This document shows, piece by piece, positions 27,932-41,542 of a DNA stretch of 64,000 nucleotides (position 1 is the first letter of the stretch; each line of letters begins with the position of its first letter). The position numbers and the translations under genes were made by a program. The DNA is from Squalus acanthias (taxonomy: Eukaryota): NCBI GenBank assembly GCA_030390025.1, contig CM059431.1, positions 120,716,001 to 120,780,000 of the forward strand, read 5' to 3'. The notes under the pieces are model-generated. The model ran no database searches. It saw only the letters and a program-made list of their open reading frames with translations, and was not told the origin of the DNA.

Positions 27932-28776
27932 GGGCTCAATTTTCACTGGCCCGTGGAGGCAGGTTTGGAGGCGTGTGGGGTGGGAAAATAGCAGATTCGG
28001 GGGTCCTGAACCAATCCCGCCCCCAACCCGCCTCCATGCCAGTTTCACAGGCAGCGGGTACCCCGACCTGTGCTGGGACCCGCCTCCCCGAGGCGGGAAG
28101 GGGATTAGTGCCAATAAACTGCCTGTTAACAGGTAGTTAACAGGCAGGTTTTTTGCCTAATCCCTATTTTTAGCCCTGAAGTGTGGGCTTCCCGACAGGT
28201 CCGAACCACGCCGATTTAGCGAGGCGGACCGTCGGTCTGGAGGGCTTGGAGGGTCGAGATGTCTGGTGTGCAGGTGAGTGATGGGTGCATGAGTACAGAG
28301 GTAAGTGTGTTTGGTGTGTGTAAAGTGTTATAAGAACTTGTACTTACCTTGACTTTGTCCTGCAGGCTTCCTTCCTTCAGTTCTCTGGAGTCCCTCAGCT
28401 CACCGGCACAGAAAGCAGAATGGCCGCGGAGCTGTCAAAAGCTGCAGTCTCTGCTTTCTGTGCTGGATTGATTTCTAACTGAGTCTAAGTACAGGGACTC
28501 ACGTTAGAAATCATATTGTCAGTGTTTGACAGCTTCACAGCGCTGTCAAACGCTGAAATTCCATCTGTCAAAAGCTCTTGACAGATGAAATTTCAATGGC
28601 TGACGTCACCTGTATCCAAGGGACCCTTGATTGGCCTGCTAAGCCCACTGGGCGGGCTTAACAAGGTCAATCAAGGGAAAATACAGTGGGTTGGCCACAA
28701 GTCGATGGAGGCGGGACTACAACCCAAAAAGTGGGAGTCCCGCCTCCATCACGTCCCCATTGACAAAATCCAGCCC
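27932..28776. mobile_element. Harbinger-type MITE with 3-bp TSD (AAT), inserted in a Penelope-type fragment (~27823-29035)
   Basis: GGGCTCAATTTT...AAAATCCAGCCC flanked by AAT on both sides. Confidence 0.72.
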
Positions 28777-28901
28777 AATGTCACTTAATCTCTCCTGCTT
28801 TCTATCCTATCACTGACCTTCCCTTTTGTTCTTTCATCCCCTTCCCCTTTTCCCAGCATTATACTTGCTTTAAAATCTATCTCATTTCCTGCTTTTTTTC
28901 C

Positions 28902-28938
28902 AGTTCTGACGAAAGGTCTTCGAACTGAAACGTTAACT
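28902..28938 (+). ncRNA. Minimal type I hammerhead ribozyme-like motif in a Penelope-type terminal repeat
   Basis: AGTT-CTGACGA-A-AGGTC-TTC-GAACT-GAAA-CG-TT-AACT: CUGANGA and GAAA core, stem I AGTT/AACT, imperfect stem II. Confidence 0.55.
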
Positions 28939-30278
28939 CTGTTTCTCTCTCCGCGGATGCTGCCTGGCCTGCTGAGTTTTTCCAGCGTTTTCTGTTGTTA
29001 TTTCGGATTTCCAGTATCCGCAGTATTTTGCTATCGTATTAAAATAACCTTACCTTATTGGACAGGGTTGTTAATTTATAAGTGAGTGATAAAATCTTAT
29101 TTTTTTATTTTTTTAAACTCTTATGCTGGTAAAAGCAGGCCTTATGCCTGCTTTTACCAGGCGTAAGAATTCTATGGCCTTTCAGCGTGCGGAAGTTGAG
29201 CAAATAGCACAACTCTTCACCCGCAGAGGCACTTTTCTTGGGCATGCAGATGATCTGTCAAGAGAATTCTTGACAAATCGCAAGTTCTGGGTTTCAGCGC
29301 ATGCGCTTCGCATGCCTAAACCTGCGCGGCCCCAATGGGCGAGTACACACCTCATACGCACTCATGGGGGTCGGAAATTCAGGGCCAATATGTTTCAATG
29401 CAATTCCTGTTTTGTGCAGCAAAATATGAATCTTGACTTGATAGAAACCAGATATTCGAGCTTAAGATGATGCAATTCAGGCCTGTACTGCTTAAGGTTG
29501 TGTTTAACATTTTGGTAGTTCAGGCTTATCAACAATGACAGTTGCAGCTCATTAAAAGCATGTGATTTGTTAATTAAAAGCAAAATATATACACATTATA
29601 CTTTGATCCAATGCAATAGTGAACACAAGCATATTTTTCTATTTGGGGAAGTGAGTGGAAAATGATAAGATGAAAATTCTAATTAAAAAAATAACTAAGT
29701 AGCAACCAAGTATCACATGAGTTGTGAATAAGACTTTTGTATCCAAAATAGATATTTCTAAATGTTCAGTCCCTGATTTACTTGAATGGGAATTCACAAC
29801 CAGCATCATCAACTTCTAAGTTGATCCCTTCACACTAGAGTGAAGATATTCCAAAATGATCCAGAAATACTTTGGTATTACAGATTTCATGTCACGACAT
29901 TTTCACAATCTGTTTCCATTTTCTTCATCAGTTTGTAGGAACAATCAAACAACAAGATCCCTGAATGTGCTCTTCCGTTGCACATTAAGAATAGACTAGT
30001 CAACCAAAGAACTTGTCTGACAGTTTGGTTCTTTCATTTCCGATCAGCCATTGACTCATTGCTAAGGAACACATAAATTGCTAGATGCAAAAAGACTGGT
30101 CCATCCTGGTAGTCACATGATACAATGATAATGAAGTTGTTGACTAGTCATAGCAGCCAATCTCTTTCAATCCGTCTACAACAGACCCAGAAAATACACG
30201 AGAAGAACCCCAGTGGTGGAGAGCTTTGGGAACCAAAGTAACCTGTTCCTCCCAAGCATGCTCCACTCACCACATGTT

Positions 30279-31144
30279 GTCTGGAATTTTGCCTGCACTC
30301 AGGGGGCGGGGTTGGAGGCGGGACATCTGGCAAAATCGCAAAGATTAACAGCGGGTCAGAAACCCGCTGTCAACCCTCCTCCAATCAATCTTCCCAAGTG
30401 TCGGGTCCCCGATTTGCACATGGACCCGACACCTAGCGCGGGAAGAGGATTATAGCCACTTAACTGCTTGTTAACGGGTTGTTAACAGGCAGTTAAGAGG
30501 CTTTTTGCAATTTTGAAAGTTCGACTGCGGGCTTCCCGATATCCGGACACCACGCCAGGTAAATGTGGCGTGCTGCGGGTCTACTGTAATGTTTCTGCAT
30601 TGATGACAGCTGCAGAAGTGGTGTGAAGGATCCAATGGTGCATTGTTGAGTTTCAGAAGTAAGATAATGTTGGGAAAATCATTTACACTTTTCTGTAGGT
30701 AACAAGTTTTGATTTGTATGTGTAGTCCCACCTCATTGGGAGAAACCTCTCTCACCAGTGACAGATCGCTTCAGTAACCTCACCTGCAGCTGCCATCTGT
30801 TCTAGCCTAAGGAGGGAGTCACTGGAGAGCCTGGGTGCAAGACCTCACCTTTGTACAGTGATTGTCAGTGTTTACAGCACCTCAATGCTGTCAAACACTG
30901 AGATATCAGCTGTCAAAAAAAAATGTGCATGGCCCCTTTAAGAAAACCGGCAGATGACATGTTATCAACTGACGTCATCTGACATCGGCTTCCTCTTAAT
31001 TGGCCGGCAAGCCCGCAGGGCGGGCTTAACAAGGCCAGTTGACGCAAAATCACGTTTGTGCGTCTGATGTCGTTGGGGGCGTGACTGGAACCCAGAAGGC
31101 AGCTGTCCCGCATCCAAGCCGCCTCGAACCAAAAAATTGCAGCC
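30279..31144. mobile_element. Harbinger-type MITE
   Basis: CTGGAATTTT...AAAAATTGCAGCC ends; arms similar to the 18411 and 27932 elements. Confidence 0.6.
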
Positions 31145-31419
31145 GGTATGTCTCAAATTACTCATATTCTGTATCCCAAAATGTTATTTTCTGAAAGAAA
31201 TCTAATTTGTATTTGAATAATCAATACTAACTGCTTCCACCATTGCCCAAGGCAGCTTGTTCCATAGATTGATCACTCGCTCATGGAAATACTGTTTCCA
31301 CAGATACATTTTGAATTTAACCCCCCTCTACATCTAAATTACCATGGCATGTTTATGATTTACTCATGTCTGTGTTACCTGACTAAATGTTCAAAACGTT
31401 TTTTAAATAGTCTTATCTC

Positions 31420-31830
31420 TGGAGTTCCTCTTGGTGACTTAGTAAACAACTGCACTATTTATGTAGAACTGAGCCATACAGACCATGTAGGTCTCATGTT
31501 TGATCCCTAGACTGTGCTAAGTTAACTGGTCTGAGTCCCAGTGGTGGTAGGGTGCTACAATTGACCTTAGCATGCTTGGGATAGGCAATGGAGAACAGCA
31601 GCCAAGGTTCCTGTCACTAATTGATATCCAATTATCCCTGCTACAATATATATGTGCGTATGTGTGTGTTGCATATAAGATTGGGTTTGGTTATGATGCC
31701 TTCATGATCGAATACCCTACCAATGCACAAATTATAATGGCTACTTGAGCAACACCCTGAAGGGTAACTATTGCCTGTACAATGGTCGTCCACTATAACT
31801 CCGCACCTTTTGGAGAGAATGGGGAAAATT
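31420..31830 (+). mobile_element. Old tRNA-derived SINE (AmnSINE2-like, from memory of the consensus)
   Basis: B-box-like GTTTGATCCC followed by CTGTGCTAAGTTAACTG...GCTACAATTGACCTTAGC. Confidence 0.45.
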
Positions 31831-31889
31831 AAAGGAAAAACAAAGGATTACAACAAATTATTATTACTCTTCTAAATTATCCATTTGAT

Positions 31890-32644
31890 GGCCCGGAATT
31901 TGTGGTCAGCAACGAAGCAAAGCCATTCGCTGCTGTCCCCGAAGTTTGCTTCTCACAAGGATCTCGCAATCCCTGTGTCAAGATCTTCGAGTTTTCCGAC
32001 CTACAATTCAATTCAATTGAACTTAATGGGGATCCCCTTGTTTGAACTGTTGTGCTGTCAACTGGCTGTCTAAGCAGCCAATCAAACGGCAGAATTCTCA
32101 CAGCCAGCAACCAAGGAAGTGAGTAAGCCCTGAAAATTCTAACTTTTTAATATAGTTAGAGGGAGCAAAAGATATATTGAGGTTCTCATATGGGGAAAAA
32201 GAGAACCTGAAATAAAGATGGACAAACAAAAAGTTTCATAATTTTTCTTAATTTTTATTGAAATAGACACATTTCACACTGCACAAAATTAAAATTAGTT
32301 TTCCAGGCCCTTAACATTAATTTCGCAGTCAATACGCTGATAAAACCCCAGTTACACCTAATCCCTTTGGATCTAACTTTTAGTGGGGATTTTAACAGCG
32401 TAATTACTGCGGAAGAGCTGAAGTTTTCGTCAGTTTCAATGATTTACGAGATTTCACTGATTGCCAGCTGTGTGGGGTGTGGGGGTGGGCACAGCGCAGC
32501 CAGTTTCGGAGCTGTCATTGTCATATCGCAACGTTGGGATTTCCGCATGCGCCTGCGTCAAATCCCGAAGTTGCGGTCAGTTTCAAAGGCGGAATGTCGG
32601 CGAATGTTGCCAGTTCACCGTCATCCCGACCGTAAATTCTGGCC
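31890..32644. mobile_element. MITE
   Basis: TIR GGCCCGGAATTT / AAATTCTGGCC. Confidence 0.65.
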
Positions 32645-35236
32645 ATTATATCTGCAGTGTGCCTCTTTTACTTAATCGTAGCCAGTGCATTACTCAGTGC
32701 AGATATACGGCCCATCTACTATTAATCACCGACAATCAAGGAGGCCTATTGGTATCTCTCTTTGGCCTGTCCCATTCCACAATATAGAATTTTGTGTGAT
32801 TCTCTGTACAATAATCATTTGGCTTAGTAAAGTTTAGAGATTTATTTATGAATGAGTGTTTCAGTCTGCTGATAATGTTGCTGTTGTTCCTAATTTCCCT
32901 ATTTTGTGACAGTCCTCTAACTAAACATTAGGTAATGAGCGGTCCAGTGATGTCAATCTTTCAAGTTACATGGCAGGATATTTTCTGTGCTTAACCATGC
33001 CAATTTATGTTTAATTTAATGGCAAGAAACAATAATTACTTTGGTTTTTCACCGACATTGAACTGGTTAATGTAACAATCGAAGCAAAATCCATGCTGAA
33101 CAGTTACTCTGCCAAAGGGTTTGGATGCTCTATGACTGAATTAACACCAGCTTACTGATTGGGCTAATCCCGTGTTAATTTGCCCCACATGAGAACTGCC
33201 ATATATTTCCCTGAAAGCTGACTAACAAGGTTTTAACTGAATCCTCTCTTTTTTTTACGGGGGGTGCAGAGAACAGGAAAAAGCTACCAATTCTGACACC
33301 TCTCTCTGCCATTATTGGCATTAAATGATAGCAGAAACTCTCCTCTATGGTGCTACAGGAGAACCAGGACAACTTTGTACTTAGAAAAATCAAATTGTAT
33401 CAATAATTTGACTCAAAGTTTGTCAAATTATTTATTTATTGATATTAATTAATGTTGTAATAGAAATACTAATACAGCACTGTGTCAATTAAAATACTTG
33501 ACTTAATAATGAAATAGTTATTCCAAAAAGTATAACACACTTGCTTTCCTGTCAGTTTGTTGCTGGTTTTATTTTTGACCAGACAGCAGCAACATATACT
33601 ACCCACCAACATTTTGGAGGGAATTTTCATCTAAAAAAATGGATGGGTTGGGGTCATGTGGGTGTTAAAAATCTGAATCCTGACCAGAACCCGCCTCCAA
33701 CTGGTTTTAACGGAGGTGGGACGGTGGGGAGAGTAGCCAACCCACTCCTGGGAGGTGGGATATCTATTTAAATATTATAACGAGGCTGGAAGCATCTGAT
33801 TTAAACACAGTTTTGAATTTAACTTTAGTTGGTTGGGTTCCGCAGGCCTCGTGAAAGCCGCCAGCTAAAGTAAGCCGAGGACTGCTGGATCCAGGAGGTA
33901 AGTGCCTTTACACTTACCTCCTGGATCCAGCGTCCCTGCCTAACCCAAACCTCGCTATCGGAGACTGCACACGAGGCCTCCGATCCCTCCCACGAGGCCT
34001 CACACCCCCCATGCTTCTCCGGCCCTCCGTGTCATCTGTCTCTTCCCCCACAGCCCACCCCCTGCTCCTCCTGGCCAACCGTGCTCCTCCTGTCCCTCCG
34101 ATGATGCTCTGAATTCCAACCCTTCTCCTCCGGCCCCCGATCGTTCCCTAACACCACCCCCCACCCCACTCCTCTGGCCCTCCCTATGCTCCTCCAGCCA
34201 ATGATCATTCCCTAACTCCCACCCCACCCTGCTTCTCCGGCCGACGATCGTTCCCTTGAAGGGATAATTACACGTCCTAGCCCTTCCGGACTACCCCAGA
34301 TCAGGCGTATTCCCCAGACGTTTACCTTCAACTAAAGTTAGCGGTAGCCGGATCCTATAAGATGCTTAATTGGATCTAAAGGTCAGACTACCTCTCCCTA
34401 AAGGAAAGAAACTGTCTAAAGATGTTACCGTCCTCCGGATAGTACTTTAATAAGTTTAACTAGACTGTAACCTTCCGGAAATTAAGAGGGTCCGGAATAC
34501 CCCCCAGATTTCTGCAACTCCTTTGAGTGTACAGAAATTGAGTTCGCAAGATGATACAGAAACACTCTTTGAGACAATTCTAAAAATATATAGATTTATT
34601 ACAGAACCGACATTTAGTAAACTGCTGCTATGGCAATCGCAACTTTAATCGTTCAAAATACAAATAGTTTACATTTCTTATCAGAGATCCTTTGTCTCAA
34701 ATCTTAACTTCATTATATTTCCACACTTCTACTTATTTCTTAATCCAGAATATCCACCAAAATCAAATACCTTGATTACCCGAGACTCAAAAGTTGTAAA
34801 CTTACAGAGAATGTCTGTAAAGTTGAGAAACGCTTGTCTTCCTAGCAACTTCTGACTTCCTGTTTGAAAAGGTCTATTTTTATATCTTTTTTGGGTGGTT
34901 TATCCTTTGAAGTTTTCCTGATGATGTAAGTTAATTGTGTCAAGTCATTCTTTGCTGACTTTGTTCTATTCTTTATTGATATCTCTGTTGAATGCTTTCT
35001 GTCTTTACTGTCAATTTAGCCATTGCATGCATAAATATGTCTCTACCTTAGATGTTTCAAAAACCATCATAAACACAATGACAGCAATGGTTTCTGTTTG
35101 ATGCAATTCTTATCGAAGTCTTTCTATTGAATTTCTAATGCTACTTTATCTGGTTATTATCAGTCGTTGTGACTCCGTGGTATTCCAAGTTCAATACAAG
35201 AACAATGTAATTGCTTGGTGTATCCATTGAAGTACT

Positions 35237-36112
35237 GGGCCAAAAATTCGGCACTTGCCGGGTGAGTACGCGCTGTGTACTCACCTGTAAGGGTTCCTGA
35301 AGTGCGGGTTTCCTGCATGCACTGCGCATGCGCGGGAAACCAGAACTTCCGGTCTCGTGTAGGGAGGGGTTGAGAGGTGAACCACGTGCACAGGAGAGGC
35401 TACGCGCACGCAGCGAACTTAGGTTTATTTTCAGGTTTCTCCGGGAAGGTAAGTATTGAAGAAGCTGCGCTTTTAAAAAGGAGGCACAAGACCGTTTTTA
35501 AGAAGATAAGTGGTTAATTAATTACAATTAAAAAAAAATTTCAACAGGTTTATCTTTTTTAGATACTTTAAAGAAAGGTAAGTTTATTTTTAGCACTGTT
35601 AAAAAGTATTTTAACTTTTTCAAAAATTTAATTTTTTTTTTAAAGTAGTTAATTTATTTAACTTATAGTTATTTTAAAAATGTGATTTTTTTAAAAATTT
35701 ATTTGAAGTTTAGGTGTTGTTTTGGGGCCGATTTCAATTCATAGATTTGACAGGTCTGTCAAATCTATGAATGAGAAGTCGCACAACACCAGGTTATAGT
35801 CCAACAGATTTATTTAATTTTACAAGCTTCTTCTCATTTTTGTCCACCCCAGTCCAACGCCGGCATCTGCACATCATGAAATCTATGAATGAAAGATGGT
35901 CTGCTGCCATTGGCTCTCCATGGCCCACGTGATCCCAGGGGACGCATCGCACTAACTACGCCCCTGGGATACACAAGCACTGCGCACCGGCAGCTGCAGG
36001 AGGCCCAGGAGCTGAAGTCCCCGTGGGCCCAGAGGTCAACGGCAGGCATGGTAGGTAGGTGCGCGCGGGATCCTTGCACCCGCGGGAAGCCAGGGAGCCT
36101 AATTTCTGGGCC
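35237..36112. mobile_element. MITE, inverted copy of 21979-22631 with a small insert at ~35775-35880
   Basis: Reverse-complement similarity to 21979-22631; AAATCTATGAATGA is duplicated around the insert. Confidence 0.7.
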
Positions 36113-36323
36113 AATATTTTCAAAGTCGTCTTGTTTGTGTACCTTTTACAACTTGTAAATTAAAACCACTTTAACTAGTATCTTCATGCATTTCTATTTA
36201 CTTCAATTGGTTTTTATCAGACCTCGGGACTCGATCTTTCAAGCTTAACATTAAAACTATTTGTTCAGCAGGTGTTTCTTTTACTTGTTGTCATTTCTTC
36301 AGTAGGTATCATATTTACACTTT

Positions 36324-36972
36324 GGCTGGATTTTCATTGACCCGTGGAGGCGGGTTTGGAGGCATGTGGGGGGTTAAAATTGCGAAAACTGGTGGGCGGG
36401 CACAAGCCCGCCTCCATCCCGCCTCCACGCAATTTTCATTAAATCCTGGCTGGCTGGCTGGCATACATATCTGGGAGTGGTGATGGATGATATATCTGGG
36501 AGTGGTGGTGGATGGGAGGATGGATGACATATCTGGGTGTGGTGGTGCATGAGAGGATGGATGACATGTCTGGGAGTGGTGGTGGATGGGAGGATGGATG
36601 ACATATCTGGGTGTGGTGGTGGATGGGAGACATATCTGGGAGTGGTGGGGGATGGGAGACATATCTGGGAGTGGTGGTGCAAAAATATCTGGGAGCAGAC
36701 TTAGGGCTGCTGCTGCTCATTCTGCATCCAGGTCCTCTCACAGCAAAGGCCAGGCAGTCTTTGCAGACCTTCAATGCAGCAGCAATGATGACATCATCAG
36801 AGGCGACTTTCAGACTGAAAACACTAATTGGGTCATGAGTTCCCATATGCTGGAACTCAATTGCCCAATTAGGTGAAAATCGCATCAATCTCCCACATCC
36901 AATTGCACTCAGGTGGATAACATGAAAAGTGGATGACACAAACCCAACCCGCCCCATATCAAAATCCAGCCC
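36324..36972. mobile_element. MITE containing a minisatellite (ACATATCTGGGAGTGGTGGTGGATGGGAG-like units, 36465-36695)
   Basis: TIR GGCTGGATTTT / AAAATCCAGCC; several degenerate tandem units. Confidence 0.7.
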
Positions 36973-37896
36973 TTTAACTCAGTGTTTACTTGCTTTCTAG
37001 CTATCTGAATTGGTTGCATATTTAATCGTGTTTCGTGTCTTATTTGATGTTATATTATGAAGGCTTATAGTTGTTTAATATTCTAAGTTTCTGTTTGCAT
37101 CAGTGTTAGCTTTTAACACTTTAAACTGGGTAATTCCATTGTTTTGATTCCAATGTCCAGACGCTCTGGAAGCAAAGCTTTGCTTTATCAATAGGGCTTG
37201 TTTCTTGGTCAATAACCCATTCCCATTTCAAAGCCTGTGGTGTTTTACAACTTGTGAATAACTGATCTTTATCTCAGAAGCCTGTATTGTGCCTGCAGCC
37301 TGTGTCGCCGAGACTTTCAGACTTTTAAACCCAGTATGTCATTTATTAATAATTTCAGAAATCTGTTCTTAGTTTTGTGTATTTTTCTGAATCCTGGCTA
37401 TTCCTTCACACCCTAACCCCACCCCGTGCTCCTCCAGCTGCTGCTGCTCACCCACCCCCACCCCGCCATGTGCTGCTCCCGGCCCCAGATTGTTCCCGAA
37501 CCCCCCCACCCCTCAAGTGCAGCTCCCAGCCCTCCCCGTGCTCCTCTGGCCTCCCCCCAGCCTCCCCCTGGCCTCCACCCGATCCCTCCCTCCTCTCTGC
37601 GGCCTCATGCCACAGGCCTATCGCCTGCAGCCAGCCAGTCTGGCAGGCGGGAAAAAGAGGTTTCCCATGCAGATCAGGCCTTGCCGATAAAGATGGCAGG
37701 GCCTGCGGAAAAACCCATTCTCCCAGGTTTCCCAACCACCTCGGAAACCCCCTGCACCAACCCGCCTTCCCATTAAAATTCAGGCCTTTGAGTCCATTTA
37801 CCAGGCAGCCCACGGGATGGTGATGGGAACAAGCAATAGATCTCCCATCTGCTGCAACAGCTAACCTGGAGGAAAGTCTGCAAAAGTGTAACTATT

Positions 37897-40128
37897 TAGG
37901 AACATAGGAACAGGAGTAGGCCATTGAGCCTGTTCCGCCATTCAATGAGATCATGGCTGATCTGCGATCTAACTCCATACACCTGCCTTTGACCCATATC
38001 CATTAATACCTTTGGTTAACAGAAAGCTATCAATCTCTGAATTAAAATTAACAATTGATCGAGCATCAATTGCCATTTGCAGAAGAGAGTTCCAAACTTC
38101 TACCATCCTTTGTGTGTAGAAGTGTTTCCTAATTTCACTCCTGAAAGGTCTGGCTCTAATTTTTAGACTATGCCCCCTAGTCCTAGAATCCCCAACCAGT
38201 GGAAATAGTTTCTCTGACCTACCCTATCTGTTCCCTTAATATCTTGAATACTTCGATCAGATCAACCCTTAACCTTCTAAATTCTAGGGAATACAACCTT
38301 AATTTGTGTAATCTTTCCTTGTAATTTAACCCTTGAAATCCAGGTATCTTTCTGGTGAACCTACGCTGCACTCCCTCCAATGCCAATATATCCTTCTTAA
38401 AGTGTGGTGCCCAGAACTGCTCAGAGTACTCCAGGTGTGGTCTAACCAGGGTTTTGTATAGCTGCAGCATAACTTCTACCCCTTGTATTCTAGTCCTCTA
38501 GATATAAAGGCCAGCCTTTTTTGATTATTTTCTGAACCTGTTCATGACATTTTAATGATCTATGTACCTGGACTCCCAAGTCTCTTTGGACCTCCACTAT
38601 TTTTAGCTTTTCACCATTTAGAAAGTACCCTGTTCTATCCTTTTTAGGTCCAAAGTGGATGACCTCACATTTTGCCTACATTGAAATCCATTTGTCACAG
38701 TTTTACCCATTCACTTAATCTGCCGATATCCCTTTGTAATTTTATGCTTTCATCTACACTGCCTACAATGCTGTCTATCTTTGTCTCATCAGAAAATTTG
38801 GATATATGACTTTCTATGCCATCATCTAAGTTGTTAATAAATACGGGGGGAGAAATTCAGAATCGCCCCATTTGGGGCGCAATTATCAGGCCGGGCGCAA
38901 AGATTAGCGCCTGGCGCTAATTATCGCCACCGACTGCAAACTTGACTTTTATCACCCCTGGAGGTGATTGGAGCACTAAATCAGGTGCTTCACACCTGTC
39001 TTAAGGCGCAAAGGCCGAGGAGCGAGGCGCTACCTCAGAGCGCTGGCAAAGCTCATGTAATGTCAGTCAGCAATGGAACACACACACAATGGCACGGGAC
39101 AGTTCTTAAAGGGAATGGTTAATCTTGCTTTCCATCCACATCCTGCTCATTGCAGCCTTGAATCTCGGCCTGGAGAGACCTGCACATCAAATCTGCTGGA
39201 AAGAACAATGGAGAGTACCAGGCAAAGAGCTCAGAGTGCAGCCCCCACAGTCTCTTCTAAATCGATACAAGGAATGGCAAATCAAAATGAACCTGCAAAG
39301 TGCTGCTCAGTACCCAGAACTCCTTCACACAACGTTGAATCTCTCCAGAAGTCTCTCTCTCTCTCTCTCAGAATGCGTAGTTCAAAAATGGCACCAACAA
39401 TAAAAGGCAGGAAGCGGTCACCTTTAAATAGCGCTCCCCCTTTCCCTTCATGACTGCAGAACGCTCCCCTCAACCTGTCGTTGCTAGCGTCAGGCGGTAA
39501 GGCAGGGGGCGCCACTCAATATCCGCTCCGGGGCGATACCGGGGCATTGCGCACTCGACTGATGTCACGATCTGCCGGCGCAGGAGATCATGGCGGTAGT
39601 GTTTAGCGCCGCAGCAAAATATCTAGTTAATTTCGCGAGCGGCGCAAACTTCGCCGCGCCTGTGCGCTAGATGCTTTACGCCCCATTAGTGCCCTCTTAA
39701 GGTGCTAACGGGAGGCACAACCAACTGAATTTTTCCCCCACGGTGAATAGCTGAGGCCCCAACACAGATCCCTGCGGGACACCACTAGTCACATCCTGCC
39801 AATTACAGTACCTGGCCGTTATCCCTACTGCCTGTCTCCTGCCGCTCAGCCAATTTTCTAACCAGGTCAATAATTTGCCTTCAATTCCATGGGCTTCTAC
39901 CTTAGATAACAGGCTCTTATGTGGGACCTTATCAAATGCCTTCTGGAAGTCCATATAAATAACATCCATAGACATTCCCCTGTCCACTACTTTAGTCACC
40001 TCCTCAAAAAATTCAATCAGGTTTGTCAGGCATGACCTACCTTTCACAAATCCATGCTGGCTCTCTCTGATCAACTATAACTTTGTGAGGTGTGCAGTCA
40101 CCCTATCCTTAATTATCGACTCTAGCAA
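37897..40128 (-). mobile_element. CR1 LINE 3' part, interrupted by a MITE
   Basis: QHGFVKGRSCLTNL, DFQKAFDKVPH, GVPQGSVLGPQLF and RPHLEY motifs. Confidence 0.9.
38846..39739. mobile_element. Harbinger-type MITE with 3-bp TSD (ACG)
   Basis: GGGGGAGAAATTCAG / CTGAATTTTTCCCCC; ACG on both sides; removing it restores the CR1 sequence. Confidence 0.85.
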
Positions 40129-40615
40129 AATGAACAAAAAAAATGTTCCTCCAGAAAAGAGAGCACAATTTAATATTAGCAAAAAATAATAAAAATAAGG
40201 ACTTGTACAGAACTCCTGTCCACTAGAAATGTGTGATATTGGGAATTGTAAAGTCTATGCACCATTTTATTTCATTATTCCAAATAAATTGGAATGCTAA
40301 AAACTACACAAAGGTGGAGACAGTGCATCTGGATTTCTTTACCTCAACATTTTTTTAAGGATTTATATCCGCTAGATTGAACTAGAATCTAAAACTGGTG
40401 CAAAGCTCCAGTGACGCACAGTTAGTGACTCAGACAGGCATTTCACATTAATTAAATGCATGAACAGATTTACAGATTAACCTACAAACTCCTTTTGATA
40501 GTTACACTATTAAGGGCTAGGCTGACCCATGACTAAGTTTTACTTGGCTAATTCCAATTGCTTCAGGTACAGAAGTAATTGTGGCTCAGATCTTTGGAAT
40601 GCAGTAAAGTGACTC

Positions 40616-41542
40616 GGGCCCTGGAAAAATTGGCATTAATGTGGCGGTAAGGGCCTAAAAACTTTCACTGAGGCCTACGGCTGGGCAGCTGAAGCACCTG
40701 CCTGAAACAGGTGGTAGGCTTCTTTCCCAATCGGGATCCTAATGATGTTATTAGGCCCCCGATTGCAATTTTAATGGACACATTGGCGGCGCTTGCAGCG
40801 CGATGTTTACTGGTGTTCTCATCATAAAAATGCTAGAAATGGTTTTTTTAATGTTTTTTTTTGAGCCGGAAGCTGCAGCAGTGCTCCACATAAATACCTG
40901 CCTCAGCTTTGCACCCGGCCCCACCCCGACCCACCAACCCCTGGAACATCTGACTGTGGGCCTCTGCTGGTGTCTCACCTGGCTGACATTCCTGAGGCTG
41001 AAGTGTGGTGAGCTGCATTGGGAGGCCTATTGGCGTCCACAGCCTGCCTGTTAAATTCAAATGTGCCTGGGGCCTCAAAATCACTGCGGCCTTTTCACCA
41101 CCGGAATGGGTGACCAGCCAGCGTGCTTTGCCAGTTGGCCATCCATAAGTCAAGATCTGTTAATTAGCATCCATCTTTTAGCACTGGGATCATGTAAGCA
41201 ATGCGTTTGCTATGAATTTTTAAACATTTGGGTGCTAACGGGGTGCAAAGCAACTCGCGCCCGGGCACGGCGCCGCCAACGCCTCCCACAAAATTCAGCA
41301 AAACTCATCAAACTATAGAGAATGTCAGTATTTGACAGCTTCACAGTGCTGTCAAACAATGACAATTCATTTGTTAAAAATTTTTGATAGCTGAAACATC
41401 ATACGCTGATGTTCTCTGTAATCGGCTTCCCCTTAATTGGCCTGCTAAGCCCGCTGGAAAAGGAAAATAGCGTGGGTTGGGCAGAAGTCGATGGAGGCGG
41501 GACTAAAACCCGACAAGTGGGAGTCCCGCCTCCAAAAGCTCC
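40616..41542. mobile_element. Composite MITE remnants
   Basis: Right arm is similar to 28510-28776 and ends AAAATCCAGCCC. Confidence 0.5.

Noticed and set aside
36465..36695. CRISPR-like array or repeat-protein ORFs
   Set aside because: It is a degenerate minisatellite without unique spacers, inside a eukaryotic MITE.
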